Origin: Octopus vulgaris
Lineage: Eukaryota
DNA length: 64,000 nt
Direction: 5' to 3'
NCBI GenBank assembly: GCA_951406725.2
Contig: OX597823.1
Span: 60,884,001-60,948,000 of the forward strand
The notes beneath the pieces were generated by a model. It had not been told where the DNA came from and ran no database searches. It saw only the letters and a program-made list of their open reading frames with translations. The position numbers and the translations under genes are program-made. This document shows, piece by piece, positions 13,817-28,613 of the stretch. The first letter of the stretch is position 1. The number at the start of each line of letters is the position of its first letter.

Positions 13817-14267
13817 TTTTTTTTTTCTAAGCATCATACACATACAAAACACACATGTCTCTGTTTTCAATTTAGGCTGCTACCAGTTCCATTCATGATC
13901 AGTGAACTTAAAGGAAAAGAAAACTTAGCATAGAATCTATTTATACTCTTAAAGTTGCAGCGTTCTTAAACATAATGGGCATCAAAGAACTTGAAGTATA
14001 TTTCGAAATTCAATAGCTGAAGGGGGGATAACTTTTTCCTAGCAATGATAATTAGTAAGACTGTTGGATTGGCACAATCGTTAGTGTCAGATAAAGAAAA
14101 AAAAAAAAAAAACTAAGAAAGAAATAAATAAATAAATAAATATCATCTGGAATGTAGTTACAGCCCATTACATTCTGAGTTCAAATCCTGCTATGATTAA
14201 TTTTGCCTGGAGGAATGAAGAGAATGAAGGGCCATTCAAGTACTGAGTTCAGTTTACTCAACTATAC

Positions 14268-14442
14268 CCTTGGTTCCCAACCCTTTTATTCAAAGAGTTT
14301 TCCCACAGACCCCTTTCAATTACACTTGTCCTTATGTGATTATATGTATATATATATATGAAATTCTGAATTTAGTTCATGGACCCCAGTACTACCTCTG
14401 CAGACCACCAGGGGTCCATGGATCCCAGGCTGGAAACCCCTG
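14268..14442. mobile_element. hAT (Charlie-like) MITE inserted in a family A SINE relic (~14080-14267)
   Basis: TSD AACTATAC/ACCTATAC (7/8); ends CCTTGGTTCCCAACC / GGCTGGAAACCCCTG. Confidence 0.7.
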
Positions 14443-15647
14443 ACCTATACCCTAATAATTAATCGGCAACATGATTTTGTGGATATAGAATTCCCTTTGT
14501 TACCACATAGTCTTAATTTCTGTCACGCATCATGGAATCTTGGGCAAGTGTCTTCTACTTTCACCTTAGGACAACCAATGGAATTGACTGACAAAAGCTA
14601 TATGGATGCCCTCTGCATATATTTATGTATGTGCACATATGTTGGTGCAAATGTTTACATTCCATGTCTGCATGAAAACATTGTAAAAAATAAGACAGTG
14701 ATATTACATTCACATTCCCTATCAATAAAGTGTCCTCTTGCTCTGTGCTTTCAAAGACAAATTGAATTAAAAATCCTTTACTTAAGAAGTAAATAAAGGT
14801 TAGCGACAGAAAGGGCATCCAGCTATAAAAGTGTTTCAATACATAGTTGGCCCTGGCAAAACAGTTGTAAAACAAATGACCTTTCTCTTAATATTTGGGG
14901 GTTTTATGCTCGAAATTAAGGATTAAATAGTATTATGGGTACCAGCAATACATTTTGAATATATTTTTTTGCTTTTGCTCATCTAGGACATGTTTAGAAT
15001 AATATTGAGTTATACAGTTACTGCAAGTCTGTGAAGTATTATTGAGTAGCAATCTGTATATCTTACTTAACATGGATATACTGCAAGAAAGTCTCAATAC
15101 ATCAGTATTTGTCTTGAGGAAGAATCTCGTTTAGCTGTTTAGTGCTAAAAAGCATAGCAGTCTCAGTATCAGTAGCAGCATCCAGCAGCAGTGAGGGAGA
15201 TTTGGTACTAAAACTTTTAGTTATGTATTCTTTCTTGTAACAGTGAATCTCGAAGCACATATAAAGCATTGGGTTAGGCTGCTTGTAAGACACGAACCCA
15301 CATCCCTTGTAGAGATGACGGACATTATACCATATAGAAAGGCAAAAACATTTCAAAAATAACCTAATCTCAAGCTTTACTGAGACTGAGAGTAAATTCT
15401 GAGAGAAAATAACATTTTTGAGATAAAATAGAGACGAGGTAAATAAAAGTGTTTCACTTCAGTTTTCTTTTCTAACAAAATCTGAAAGTGGTAGCTAGTT
15501 TTTGTGCTTCCTGAATCTTTGGCCTGGGTTTTGGTTCTCAGTGGTACCAAGTCTCTTCACTTATATCTCTGAAGTTTTCTATATAAACGAGTCTGATTTC
15601 CCATACCATGGAAATCGCTAATCTGTAGTATGAAACTATTTGAGTAT

Positions 15648-15908
15648 TTAGTTTGCTAAATCTCCATCTGTTGGAGTGACGAGGATCATCCAGTCACCCT
15701 TGAAAATTGACTGATGACTTTTTGCCATGACTTTGTTTGAAGTGAAGAAGAGTTTTGTATCATCATCCACACTCACTTGTTTGTGATTATTGTCAATCCA
15801 GTGGCAAGACCAGGTCAAGACAACTAGAAATAGAGATAGGTGCATCAATGATGAAGACATCTTACATACCTCATCTTTCTCTCTATATTCCACAAAGTAT
15901 TGTTGCAA
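15648..15908 (-). mobile_element. Possible degenerate LINE RT fragment
   Basis: LSLFLVVL..SVDDDTKLF resembles P.LFL....FADDTKL. Confidence 0.35.
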
Positions 15909-16325
15909 ACACCATCATCTCCATTGAAGCATAAAGGTTTCTACCACAGAATCCACCAGATCCAATCTTCACATGCATAAGTAAGCCAGCCTTAATATGC
16001 TAATTAACCCACTGTTGAGCCCATGACAGATGCTACTTCTTTGGGTCAGAATACCTTGGAACTATAGTGACTAAGAGATGGTTCAGCTCCCCTCAAAACT
16101 CTGGAACTCCTTAACCAGGGCCTGCATGCAGGATGCAGCTTAAAGTCATGCTCAATGCTAAATACATTGATGACACTACAGAGTTCTCTTTCCCAGAATT
16201 AAACACAAAGATGAATTAATGTGGTGACAGTTTTGATTATCAGCTTCCCCACTTATTTTTTTTAAATGCATTTCATTGTTTAGCATGGGTTCAGTGACAC
16301 AGTTCATCTTTTCTTAGATCTAAAT

Positions 16326-16657
16326 CTGGGGTTCTCAACCAATTTTTTCATCTATGACCCCCTTTGATTACTTTTTTTTTCTGGTGGTCCCCACCCCTCA
16401 TAGCTGTTTGATGTTTAAAAACCACTTTATAGAAACCTCTTTCAAAATTCCTATATTGTTTTCCACACATTTACTTGTGTAGGTTGAACCATGTAAAAAT
16501 GTTGGAGAAAGAAACCTAGCTGTTTCTTGCAATACATAACCAATATATACATCTACAGCAAAATTTTTCAGGGGTTCTAAAGATGATTTGTGGACCCCCA
16601 AAAATCTTATTAGGGCCCACTTTGGGGGCACATATGGACTCCAGTTTAGAACCACTG
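16326..16657. mobile_element. hAT (Charlie-like) MITE, 332 bp
   Basis: Perfect 8-bp TSD ATCTAAAT (16318-16325, 16658-16665); ends CTGGGGTTCTCAAC / GTTTAGAACCACTG. Confidence 0.85.
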
Positions 16658-18062
16658 ATCTAAATTCTTTGCCATTAGATATATCAAAACTCAGGGTTGT
16701 TTTTAAATGCTTCCTTGGTCTACTTCATCTCTGAGTACTTTTTAGTGTCAGCTTAATGTTGTTCCACTTAGCATCTATTGAATAATCACATTGTAAAAAT
16801 TTCCAGCATGGAGAAGGTGATCCATCTGTTGAGTCCACCCACCATTCCTTGGGGTATTGGGAGGGCAGATTTTAAAAACTCATTTCCATTTAGCTTTTCT
16901 CACCAATTAATACTGCACATTCAACAGATAATGTTTAAACCAAACACCAGTTTTGGGAACTTATCTTATATCCATTAATCATGTATTAATCACAGTGTCA
17001 CTATACATCTTTCATTTAATCATGACAAGCCATGAGAAAATCTATAGATGACTGCTCAGCCTACAAGAATTAGCAGCCAAGTAGCATTTTTAGGAAAACT
17101 GGAAGGACATTTCTGGTAATATAGTCCAAGATAAACTATGCTCAAAAAGACAGGGTGGGTATGGTTAGATTGTTTTTGATCACAAGAGCTAAAAACTGCC
17201 ACCACATCAGTCAACAACAACAGCTTCAGAGTTTGCTTTTTATTCAAGAAGAGAAACTAAATACTTTCATAGTCTTTAAATTTCTATAAATTTTACATCA
17301 TACTCTTAATGCTTGCAATATTTATGTTACCTGGGTAACCGATACACTTCTTTTGGTAAGCCATCTGACCAGTCTCACACTTTAAAACATTAGTATGTCC
17401 CGATTCTTCTGTTTATCTTGTAGCTACATTTCTTTGTTGCCTACTTTCTTTCATTGCTTTTGAGCTGCATTATTTTTTTTACATACTATGCTATCGTTCT
17501 ATCAGCTTTGCTCAACTTCCTCATCATTATTTATCTCTTGTTGCTTGTAAAGATAAATTGAGAAAAGTTTGCTGTGTACCAAAGGAAACTTTCCCAAATT
17601 AACAGTTCTTCAGTCATGAAATATTCTAGTATTGTTGATTTTTAGCTCATCATTTAAACTTGATAATGTGTAATATATAATGAAGGAAAAAAATCAAATA
17701 ATGGTCTCTTAATATAACCTAAGTAAATAAAATATTAACTATATTGTAAGAAAGCATACATTTTAAGTGAAGAAAAAATATTTAGCTAATAACTAATGAA
17801 ATTAAACTAAAATGAAATACTGTATTTGATGGCATGTAAGACATAACCGTTTCCCCAAAACCCCCACCAAATTCACCTCAGGCCCTACATTCAATGTTGT
17901 GGTTCTCATAAGCTAATTTTATCCCTATTGGACTTTTCATTGAAAATGCCCTGTTGAAATTGGGGTACCTCTAATATGTCAGTATGTCTTTTATGTTTTC
18001 AAATACGGTATTAGATGTTATTATTCACTTTTACTTTGGTGCTGGCTGGAAGATGCTAAAGA

Positions 18063-18440
18063 CAGCAGTTCTCAGTCTGAAATCCCTGGGCTCCTGGTGG
18101 CAGTGTGTATACTTGATGTCTGTTCATAAGCCTAGTTGGAAAGTTGTTGAGTAGATAAACCTTTCGAAAGTCTGGGACTCATGGGGAAATTTATTTAACC
18201 CTTTAGCATTTAAACCGGCCATATCCGGCCTGTTTTATGTTCAAACTGACCAGGTCTGGTCTCTCACACCAACCCTACAATATCGTTTTCAAAATTAACA
18301 GCTACCTCATCAAAATCTCATAGCTACGAGACAATGTATGATTAGTTCAAAACAAAGTGAATGAAAAAGCATTAATTTTGGTAGAATAATGCAAACACTA
18401 AAGGGTTAAACTGTAGGAATGAAAAGACTGGGAGCCACTG
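18063..18440. mobile_element. Degenerate hAT-like MITE hosting the TTAA MITE at 18199
   Basis: Ends CAGCAGTTCTCAGTCT / AGACTGGGAGCCACTG; TSD poorly preserved. Confidence 0.5.
18199..18405 (+). mobile_element. piggyBac-type MITE family 2 (~207 bp)
   Basis: TTAA|CCCTTTAGCATTT..AAACACTAAAGGG|TTAA. Confidence 0.88.
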
Positions 18441-19080
18441 AACTAGAGAGATAAAAGTAATAGTTGTGGTTTTTGTTAGTGAGACCCTGTTTTCACATAT
18501 GCTAAGGACTACAGTAGCCTCATTTTTTTAAAGATATTTTAAATAATTTTTTTAAAGATATTTGGGTATGATCTAATATGGATTTGACTACTATTTCTAG
18601 TAGGTCTTGCCACCATATAGTGTCTACTTTTGTCAGCTGATTATAGCAATTATAAAACACAATGGAAAATATGAAAAGTTCAGCAGAGTTTTCATTAAGC
18701 TTTGACATGCAAGTGTTTGTGTGTGTGTGTGTGTGTGTCTGTGTGTGAGCTTGTATATCTTTCAAATCTGATACAAGATCACCTTCTCCAATGCCTCTTG
18801 TCTTGTAAGTTACTTAGTGACCCTGCCATTGTTGGTGCCACATAAAAAGTATCCACTCCACACTGTAAAGTGGCTGACATTTGGAAGGGCATCCAGCTGT
18901 AAAAACCATGCCAAAACTGACCTTGCTTGTGCTGGTGTCATATAAAAAGCATTCAGCCCACTTTATTAGGTGGTTGGTGTTAGGAAGAGCATCCAGCTGT
19001 AAAAGCCATGCCAAAACAGATGCAGTACCCTGGTGTAGTTTTATATGTATATAAATGATATTATATTTAAGGTATATAAG

Positions 19081-19425
19081 GCTTGGGCCCGTGCCATCCG
19101 CCCAAAACAAAAATCGCATCTCATCTCATAACAACAATACGGCACAATTATTTCACCTCAATTGGCCCCGCTCTCTTTAACATTATACCAAAACACATTA
19201 AAACAGAAACTGACCCTATAGGGTTCAAGAAGTCTTTGGACAGATTCCTAAGAAATCCCGGATAAACCCCCTATACCCGGATATGTCTATGTATATAATA
19301 ACTATATATTGAGTGGGCCATAGTGCCCAAATTCTGACTTGATATTCACCAGGTGGTGCTATTAAGTTAGACATGGCCTGGGCCAATAATGGCCGATATA
19401 TCATAGTATCAAAGTATCAAAGTAT
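19081..19425 (+). mobile_element. CR1-group LINE 3' end
   Basis: FTSIGPALFNIIPKHIK..FKKSLDRFL then frameshifted EIPDKPPIPGY; 3' stem-loop GGCCA-ATAA-TGGCC; tail (GTATCAAA)n. Confidence 0.8.
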
Positions 19426-19857
<432 letters not shown>

Positions 19858-20091
19858 CATCATCATCATCATCATCATCATTTAGCGTCCGTTTTCCATG
19901 CTAGCATGGGTTGGACGTTCTATATGGGGTCTGTGAAGCCAGAAGGCTTCATCAGGCCCAAGTCATATATATATATGTATGTTTATGTATGTATATACAT
20001 AAACATATTTATATATATATATACACACCTATACACACATATACATATATATATATACATACATATATATATAAATACATAATATATGAAT

Positions 20092-20455
20092 ATTTCTTTT
20101 ATTTACTTGTTTCAGTCATTTGACTGTAGCCATGCTGGAGCATTGTCGAACAAATTGGCCCCAGGACTTATTCTTTGTAAGCCTAGTACTTATTCTATCA
20201 GTCTCTTTTTACCAAACCACTAAGTTACAGGTACATAAACATACCAACATTGGTCGTCAAGCAATGGTGGGGGACAGACACAGATACAAATACGTGCATA
20301 CATATATATATATATGATGGGCTTCTTTCAGTTTCCGTCTACCAAATCCACTCACAAGGCTATAGTAGAAGACACTTGCCCAATGTGTCACACAGTGGGA
20401 CTGAACTCGGAACCATGTGGTTGGGAAGCAAGCTTCTTTCCACACAGCCACTCCA
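20092..20455 (-). mobile_element. SINE family B
   Basis: Reverse complement of the 11634-12062 structure. Confidence 0.85.
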
Positions 20456-20547
20456 GTGTGTGTGTGTGTGTGTGTGTATTGTGTTTGTGTGTGTATACGC
20501 GCATACACATACATGTCTGTATATATAAGTATATATGTATATGTACT

Positions 20548-20590
<43 letters not shown>

Positions 20591-20746
20591 TGCATATGGA
20601 GACACATACATATACATGCATAAATATATATGTTCATACATGCACACACATATAAATATATAATATATATATTCAATTCTTGAAATTCTTTAAAAATTCT
20701 TTAAAATGTTTCAACTTCAAAGCTGTGGTCATGCTGGGGCACCACA

Positions 20747-20978
20747 CAGGTGGCCTAAAAGTATATTAATAATTATCATGTAGGCACTTTAAATTTCTTT
20801 TAAATCATTATACTACATTTAAATTTCTATCTTACGAACTGGAAAGGGAGCGTGACAAAATTAACTAAATTAGCATAGAATAATGGTTTCGTATTTTTTT
20901 TATAATTAAGATCTAAACTTTTAATATATGAATGCGAAAGTGATAGTTGAATAACTGTAAACCTATTTTTGGGCCACC

Positions 20979-20981
<3 letters not shown>
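20747..20981. mobile_element. Tc1/mariner-like MITE
   Basis: CAGGTGGCCTAAAA.. and ..TTTTTGGGCCACCCTG followed by TA. Confidence 0.6.
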
Positions 20982-21015
<34 letters not shown>

Positions 21016-24000
21016 CAGATGTTTCCTTGTAGAATTTAGAAACGGAATCATAGAGAACTGTGTATGTAGAAAATCTGGTTCTCATTACTAACCGTATGTT
21101 GTAAGAGCAGAAGATTGGAACCTAAAATATTGCTTTTCAGTTACGGGAACCAAAAGTGAAGCTGAATGAGGTTTAAATCATTAAATACACATCACTCATC
21201 CCTTTAAACAGAGATAGAGTGTCCCTCCTCCAGCTTGATAATCCCGTTTGTGATAGAATATGGGACCAAGTTATATTAAGCAACAGGAGAGAGAGAAAGA
21301 GACTGTGGCCCAGAGAGGTGGAGGAGGCAGAAGTGAGGCCAAGAAAGGCATCTCCTCTACAATGTTAGAAATAACAGCCAAATTCCTTCAGATCATACTC
21401 CACTGTCTTAACAATTTTGGGGTACTTGTAGTCCTAGTTATACAAAAAGACAGGTTTATTTACATTAGCTGGAATTTCTATGAATGTAGGTACAGGTGTG
21501 GCTGCGTCATTAGAATTTGCTTCTTAATCTCATGTGTCTGGGTTCACCTTCATTGGGCAAATGCCTTCTGCTATAGTCCTGAGACTGGAGAAACTGAAAG
21601 AAGCCTGCCATCATCATCCTTTAATGTCCACTTTCTATGCTGGCATGAGTTGGACTGTTTGTCAGGTCAGGAGCTGGCTCTTCAGTGTCTGTTTTGGTAT
21701 GCTTCTTTTGGCTGGATGCCCTCCCAACACCAATAACCATGAGTGTATATATATATATATATATATATACATACATGCATACATGCTTGACAATCGGCAT
21801 TGTGATTCAGTGAAAGGAGACTAGTAGAATAAGTGCTAGGCTTAGACCAAACATAAAAAGTACTAGGACCAATTTATTTGATTAATCCCTGCAAGGCAGT
21901 GCCCCATCATGGCCACGGTGAAAGTAAAAGACAAAACACTGGTCTGCAGAATCAGAACTGATTGCGTTTAAATATCAACGGCTAAAAGTGGAGATAATTT
22001 TCTGTTTAAAATTGTTGCTACTCACCTTTATAAAATGCACATGCTCCCACTACTTATGATCTTACATTGGTAGTGTAGCATTCTTTTATTATTAAATTTT
22101 CATTTGTTGCTTGTTACCGTTACTATCAAGGTTTGTGATCCCTCACTACTACATTTCAAGTGTTACCTCACTGTCAAGGCTTGACTTATTCCTACATACT
22201 TGAATGTTGTTTCTATAACAGACAGTGATTGTGAAGCTATGTTGTTCCAATGTTGCTAAACTTGTACTTCATTTCTGCGAAATCTCCCAGCTTTCTGTGT
22301 ATTTTAATTACTCTGTAATCATGTATGTTATAGCACCACCTAATTAGATGTTCTGACCCCCTTCTCTCTCTCTCTCTGTCTTTGTCTCTCTCTCTCTCTC
22401 TCTGTCTTTGTCTCTCTCTCTCTCTCACACACATACACATACACACGCACACACAACACCCTATCCTTTCAGTTCATGAGTAGGTACTACAAATTCTCAG
22501 GAACTGCATACTACTCTTCTTATCTAGTGTACTATGAACTCCAGATATTAAATGATTTGACTTGACTCTTAGCAGGTAATCCTATCATTTCAAGTGTTCT
22601 GTATTTTTCTACTTGTTGACTTCATTCATTGAACATAGTTTTCTAAGATATCTTAGCCTCCCAATGCTTGGATATACAACCAAAATCTAATTATTACACT
22701 TGTATCTAAATATTACTAAGTTCTCTAAATAAATATACTTCTGTTCGGCAATCCTAGACTTGCTTCTTTTTCCTTTCTCAACAAATATAAATCCTTCATT
22801 CCAATCTCAATGTTACATCAGCAGAGTCGAAAAAGATGTTATTAGCAAACACTCTTTTAGTAACTCAAACACTTGAATGTCTTGATAAAAGTACTCATTT
22901 TATTGACTTCTCTCTCTACAAAGGGCTTAACTCAACACTAAAGTTACCAAATTTGGGGTTAAACAATTTGAGTTTGTGAACCAACATATAAGCTGTAATT
23001 TTCTTAAGAGTTGTATTATTATTGCTATGATAATGTGTTACATTCCTGGTATGTTATTTAAGTCAGTTGAAATTGTCATAACAAAAATTCAGTTCTCATG
23101 CTAAGATTTCTGTTTTAAGCCATCCACTATTATTACAATACCTATGGCTTTAGATTACAAAACTGAAGTCTGCTAACCTCTAACAATTAATAAGTGCATG
23201 TTAAACACAGAATTAATCTAGCACTTTGAAATTCTATCTTCATTTCAAATAATGACAATTTCTTTGCAACAGCATAAGGTGTTGTTATCAAAGTAGCCAG
23301 AAACAAGTGTTTGGATGTCTGAGATTAAATATAAAGAATTTTTATACTATTTAAAGAGTGATTACTTAATTAAAACAATAAATTTATGTATATTATTTTG
23401 ATACTTTCTTTTTTTTTTGTAAATCACTTTAGATGTCTCTTTTGAGAACTATGAATTTAATCTATTCTTTGTAAACAGCTCTCTGTGAAACAAATATTTT
23501 CGCAATATTTATCACTGCTATTTAGAAAATAAGTCATCTTTGAAATAACCTTTTTTTTTTTTATTTAATCCAATCAATGTAACTTGCTCTTGAAATGTAA
23601 ACAAGAAATTCGATTTTTGTTTTGATATTTTTTTTTAATTGTAAAATCATTTTGTAGAAAATTAAGCCTGTTGGATCAAGAGTTCTAAGTATGCTGTCAA
23701 ATTAAAATAACTTTTAGCTCATTAATTTTAACCATTGAAGATTATAGCAATAGAAAAAAACAAGCCCAGGGCAGTTTTTTTTCTTTCTCCTGAATTATTA
23801 CAGGACATGCAAACAATGAAACCAACTATTTTCTATTAGTTCTTTGTTACTAAGCTTTCTAAAATATTTTACAGACATTAATATTTTGAGAATAGACACA
23901 CTTCTTATCTTCAATTTACTACATTCTAATAAAGCAACTTAATTAAAAAGAGAGTGCTATCATAGAAATATATTGACTATAGGCAAGGTGTCAAAGTCAG

Positions 24001-24288
24001 ATTAAATGTTATATTTGACAATATAACTCTACCATTGTAATTCCTCTGAGGTTCAATCTAGATAATAGATAAAAATATATTATGCATTATAGCCTATCAA
24101 AAAAAAAAAGAAATATGTTCCCCAAGTATATTTATGTTCTGTAATCATTAGACCCTTTAATTGAGAATTGCAGTGAATATGATTCTCAACCGGTGAAATG
24201 ACAGGAAAAAAAAAAAGAGAAAATGTTATATGGCTCATTATCTATGCTTAGCAATAAATATATCTGTGCCATTTCAGTACAACAAAAG

Positions 24289-24331
<43 letters not shown>

Positions 24332-26701
24332 TGAATAGGAAAACTTGACATTGCAGTATAGGTTTTACTAATGTATTATATAACAAACAATTCACAAATC
24401 AGATTCAATTTCCTGTTGGTACTTATTCCCTCATGTTCTCGGTTAATACACATTGGAAGGGCATCACCATTGGCATCACTGCGTTCTACCCACCATCTAC
24501 CCAAATTTGAATCTTTGGACCATTGTGATAGTGTTGGTGGTGGTGGTGAGTTCTATCAAGGGTAATCTGGAACTACTAATGATTTCGTGATTAATTGGAA
24601 TAAGAAAATTTGTTGTGAGCAGCAATGATAACCATTTATACATGTTTTGATGCTGAAGTTGTTTTAAAATATTACTAAAGGCATATTAAATATCTATTTG
24701 CTTCAATAAATATAAATTTTTTTCTTCAATTTTCTAATCTATCTTCCAAGTTGCTAATCTATCCAAAGATGCTAATATAATCATCTTGCAGCAATTAAGT
24801 TTCAAAATTTCATTGCATAAATACTAAACATAGTTTTATGTTATTACAAACACTATAATCTTTAGTAGGTTATTAGTTATTGTTAACCAAAGATAGTGTC
24901 TTAGAGAGAGAGAGGGGTGGGGCTCTAAGTAAGTCTCAAAAGTAGTTCTAGAGTGAACAATGGATTTAGAACACCACCTCTATTGTAGTTCTATAATCTT
25001 TTGTCATTCATGTATGGGAAGTAATGTTAAACTGATTTTTTTTTATTCTGGCATCCAGTGCTCACAATGCATTATGCTTAGTAAATAACTTGTACCAAGA
25101 TAGATTAAGTCAGCCGGCATAAGCATCTTGTCAAAGGACACATTTTGATGCTTCTCGTGTATTCCCTCAAGTATTGTGGAAGTCTGTATCTTATCACTTT
25201 GGTCATGGTATTCACAAATATGAATACACACACAAACAACACACACAACACAGTGAAACACATACATAGACACACACACACACTCTCGTGCATACACATA
25301 CACAGACACAACTTGACAGGTCTTCATAGATGATATGATGCACCTCCCTTTTGCAAATCGTGGGCAGGGTTGTTTCAGCACTCCATCACTATCATCTTTA
25401 AAGTTTTCTCTTTTCTACTATAAATTGCTTTTTCCTCTTCTTGCATTTTACCATTAGTTGATTTATATATCTGGTCAGTTGCCAAAGATCAATGCCTGCT
25501 ACTTTATTTCATGTGTCTATTTATCTATTACCTTCTCTTACTGCATCAGGGAAACTTGAAATACCTTCCCCATAAAGAATAAAGAAACCTCTACTTTATA
25601 TATGGCTATCTTGCCTCAAAAAGCATTATGAACTTTGGGTCAACTTTGGTTTTAAATAAAAAGTAACTGACTCCTCTCTGACCATCGACACGGTTTCCTT
25701 TCTAGTAACAGGTCAACTAGTAACCTATTCATAATATTTAATGAGTTACACTTTGTACTCTAAGCCAGAGGGAAATTTTACTTTTCTTTTATCTGAAGAA
25801 ATAAACTAAGTACCATGAAGCTTGTCCTTCTACTTTACTGTATCTATTCAAGATTAATATTTTATAGTATATGAAATACTTCCATTTAAATTAACTTCTC
25901 TCTTGTTTCTTCACAAAGAAAATTGTATTCGAAACCTTGGTTTATTGTTCTACTAATTTAAATTGGTTAAAATGTCGCGTTTTAATTAGTGAATATTTTC
26001 CCCTTCATTTTTATGCTAATTTATTTGACAGGTCTCTATAAAACTTTCTTTTGTTGTTAAGTCATGTGCCAAAATTTCAAATTAGATTTATTTATACAAC
26101 AGTAAATTGTTAATTTAAAAAAAAATTTTTTTATGATTTTCAATATATGCATTTCTGCATATGTAATAAATTAATGGGCCATGTGACATAAAAAAAAAAC
26201 CAACATGAAGTATTTGGAAGGTCACATATGGTGTTCATTCTTACATTTCATGTTTGTTCTCCTATTTGTGTGCACATTTCATATTTTAACAAGCACAAAT
26301 TTAACTGCTCATGAAATTCTTATAATCATTCATGAAAAAGAAAAACTAACAAGCAACTCATTCTAACATGTGTATAAATTTATTCTAAACAAATATATCT
26401 GTATTAAATGTCCATTAACAGTTTAATGTGATAGGAAGGTAACAACGCCAAAAGTGCAGGTCTACAAATACACTTATTAAATATACAGATAATTAAAGTG
26501 TGTGTGTGTGCATGTGTGTGTATCTATGTATGTATGGTGGCATAAAAATGAAGAAATTGTATTTTCATGTGAATAGTGAAAATTAGTTGTAGAATCTGTA
26601 TCTTTCTATGAGTAGATAGAAACAGTCATTAGAAAAACTAATCAAACAATGATAGAGGAGAAAGTCTACTAGTCCTCAGGTGTGATCATAAAAAGAGAAG
26701 A

Positions 26702-27804
26702 GCCTGCAGTTATTCACTTATGTAGAAAGTTATTCAAACACTAGTGTGAATACGTTGGTGTCTAATGATTAGCATCACCGTACTAATAAGAATTTCTATG
26801 AATGTATATTTTTGCGTACATTTATATACACATATTCAAAAGAGGAGACTGTTGCTGTGCTAAATGTGAGTTTGTAAAGTAATTGACCAAATGATGAAAG
26901 TGATAAAGTCACACCTGATATAAAGTTACTATGTTTAAATTTATATTATGACCAAGCAATACAATTATTTCATTACAACAACAATAGAAGAGACAAGCAC
27001 ACTTCTTTCTATCACTCATTTTGTGATATTTGGTTTGGAATTGTGTTGCAAGTTTTATGGTATATAAAGTTGGAAAGTTCTACTGTCATCAGAAAAATGG
27101 TATGTTTAAGAGCCACTTTACTTACAGGTCGCCTGCATTTTCCCTTAGGTACAAAGTTATTCAAACACTAGTGTGAATATGTTGGTGTCTAATGATTAGC
27201 ATCACCGTACTAATAAGAATTTCTATAAATGTATATTTTTGTGTACATTTATATACACATATTCAAAAGAAGAGACTGTTGCTGTGCTAATTGTGAGAAT
27301 GTAAAGTAATTGACCAAATGATGAAAGTGATAAAGTCACACCTGATATAAAGTTACTATGTTTAACCCTTTTGATACCAACCCGGCCAAAACCGCCTCTG
27401 GCTCTGTAGAACAAATGTCTTGTTTTCATAAGTATTGAATTAAAATCTTCCACCAAACCTTAGCCACAATTTATGTTCCCAACACTAGCTTAATGATAAC
27501 TAAGTTCTTTTATTAAATTCTTTGTTGTATTTAAAATTAATTGAATGAAACACAGAGAATCTCAAAATAAATACAGTAACAAAAGGGTTAAATTTATATT
27601 ATGACCAAGCAATACAATTATTTCATTACAACAACAAACCAAGAGACAAGCACACTTCTTTCTATCACTCATTTTGTGATATTTGGTTTGGAATTGTGTT
27701 GCAAGTTTGATGGTATATAAAGTTGGATTGTTCTACCATCATCAGAAAAACGGTATGTTTAAGAGCCACTTTACTTACTGCTCGCCTGCATTTTTACTAA
27801 GTAC
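26702..27804. repeat. Tandem duplication, period 427 bp; copy 2 interrupted by a MITE
   Basis: AAAGTTATTCAAACACTAGTGTGAATA at 26726 and 27153; colinear with scattered substitutions. Confidence 0.95.
27366..27587 (+). mobile_element. piggyBac-type MITE family 1 (222 bp)
   Basis: TTAA at 27362-27365 and 27588-27591; CCCTTT..AAAGGG ends; empty site in the paralogous duplicate. Confidence 0.93.
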
Positions 27805-28122
27805 TTCTAGACAGGGTGTTTCATTTGGTGAAAGCACTACTAAGTTAACATCACTGCAGGGTTATTGAAATGAAGACATGAGATCATGCCTTAATATTCA
27901 GGCATGATTGAAAATTTACACCAACCTCTCTATACTACCTTATAGTTTGTTTTATGGTGAGGACCACCTTGGTAAACAATATCTAACTAGAGAAAATAAC
28001 CTGCATTTGAAGATTTGTACAATTAGGCACTGACATTGAAATTACATAAAGTTTTCAGGAAAATTTTTGATGGCTTTTGTGCTGAATGGAATCTCTAGTG
28101 GTATGGGCATGTAATTAAAACA

Positions 28123-28340
28123 TATTAGTTTCAAATTTTGGCACAAAGCCAGCAATTTTAGGGGGAGAGGCTAAGCTGTTACATTGACCCCAGTGTTTGA
28201 CCAGTACTCATTTTGTTGACCCTGAAAGGATGAAAGGTAAAGTCGACCTTGGCGGAATTTGAACTCAGAATGTAAGGATGGATGAAATACTGCTAAGCAT
28301 TTTGCCCGGCATGCTAACAACTCTGCCAGCTCACCACCTT
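28123..28340 (-). mobile_element. SINE family A
   Basis: Reverse complement: GAAAGGATGAAAGGTAAAGTCGACC..GAATTTGAACTCAGAA..CTGCCAGCTCACCACC. Confidence 0.85.
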
Positions 28341-28613
28341 TAGCTAAAACATTAAAAAATTAAAAGTCATTAATTGCTTGTATGGCTGTTATGGTCAAAG
28401 GCACAGGATAAATCAGGTGAATGGGAAAACTTTGTGTGACATGAAATTTCTTTATATATTGACCAGATGTCACCATCACCATCCAATGCTTCCAAATCAT
28501 CCTACTCCCCTAATTGCAACTGTAGATCTTGGTCTTGTGTGAAGAGCAACTTTGCTAATTTTGGAGCAGTCATTGTATTTGGCCGATGACTTGTCTATTG
28601 TGATATTTCCATG

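Noticed and set aside
15102-15356. KGCGFVSY resembles an RRM RNP1 motif
   Set aside because: No RNP2 or RRM spacing, no convincing splice sites; an 8-aa match is compatible with chance
26173-26258. Possible pseudoknot-like pairing
   Set aside because: Short AT-rich stems expected by chance
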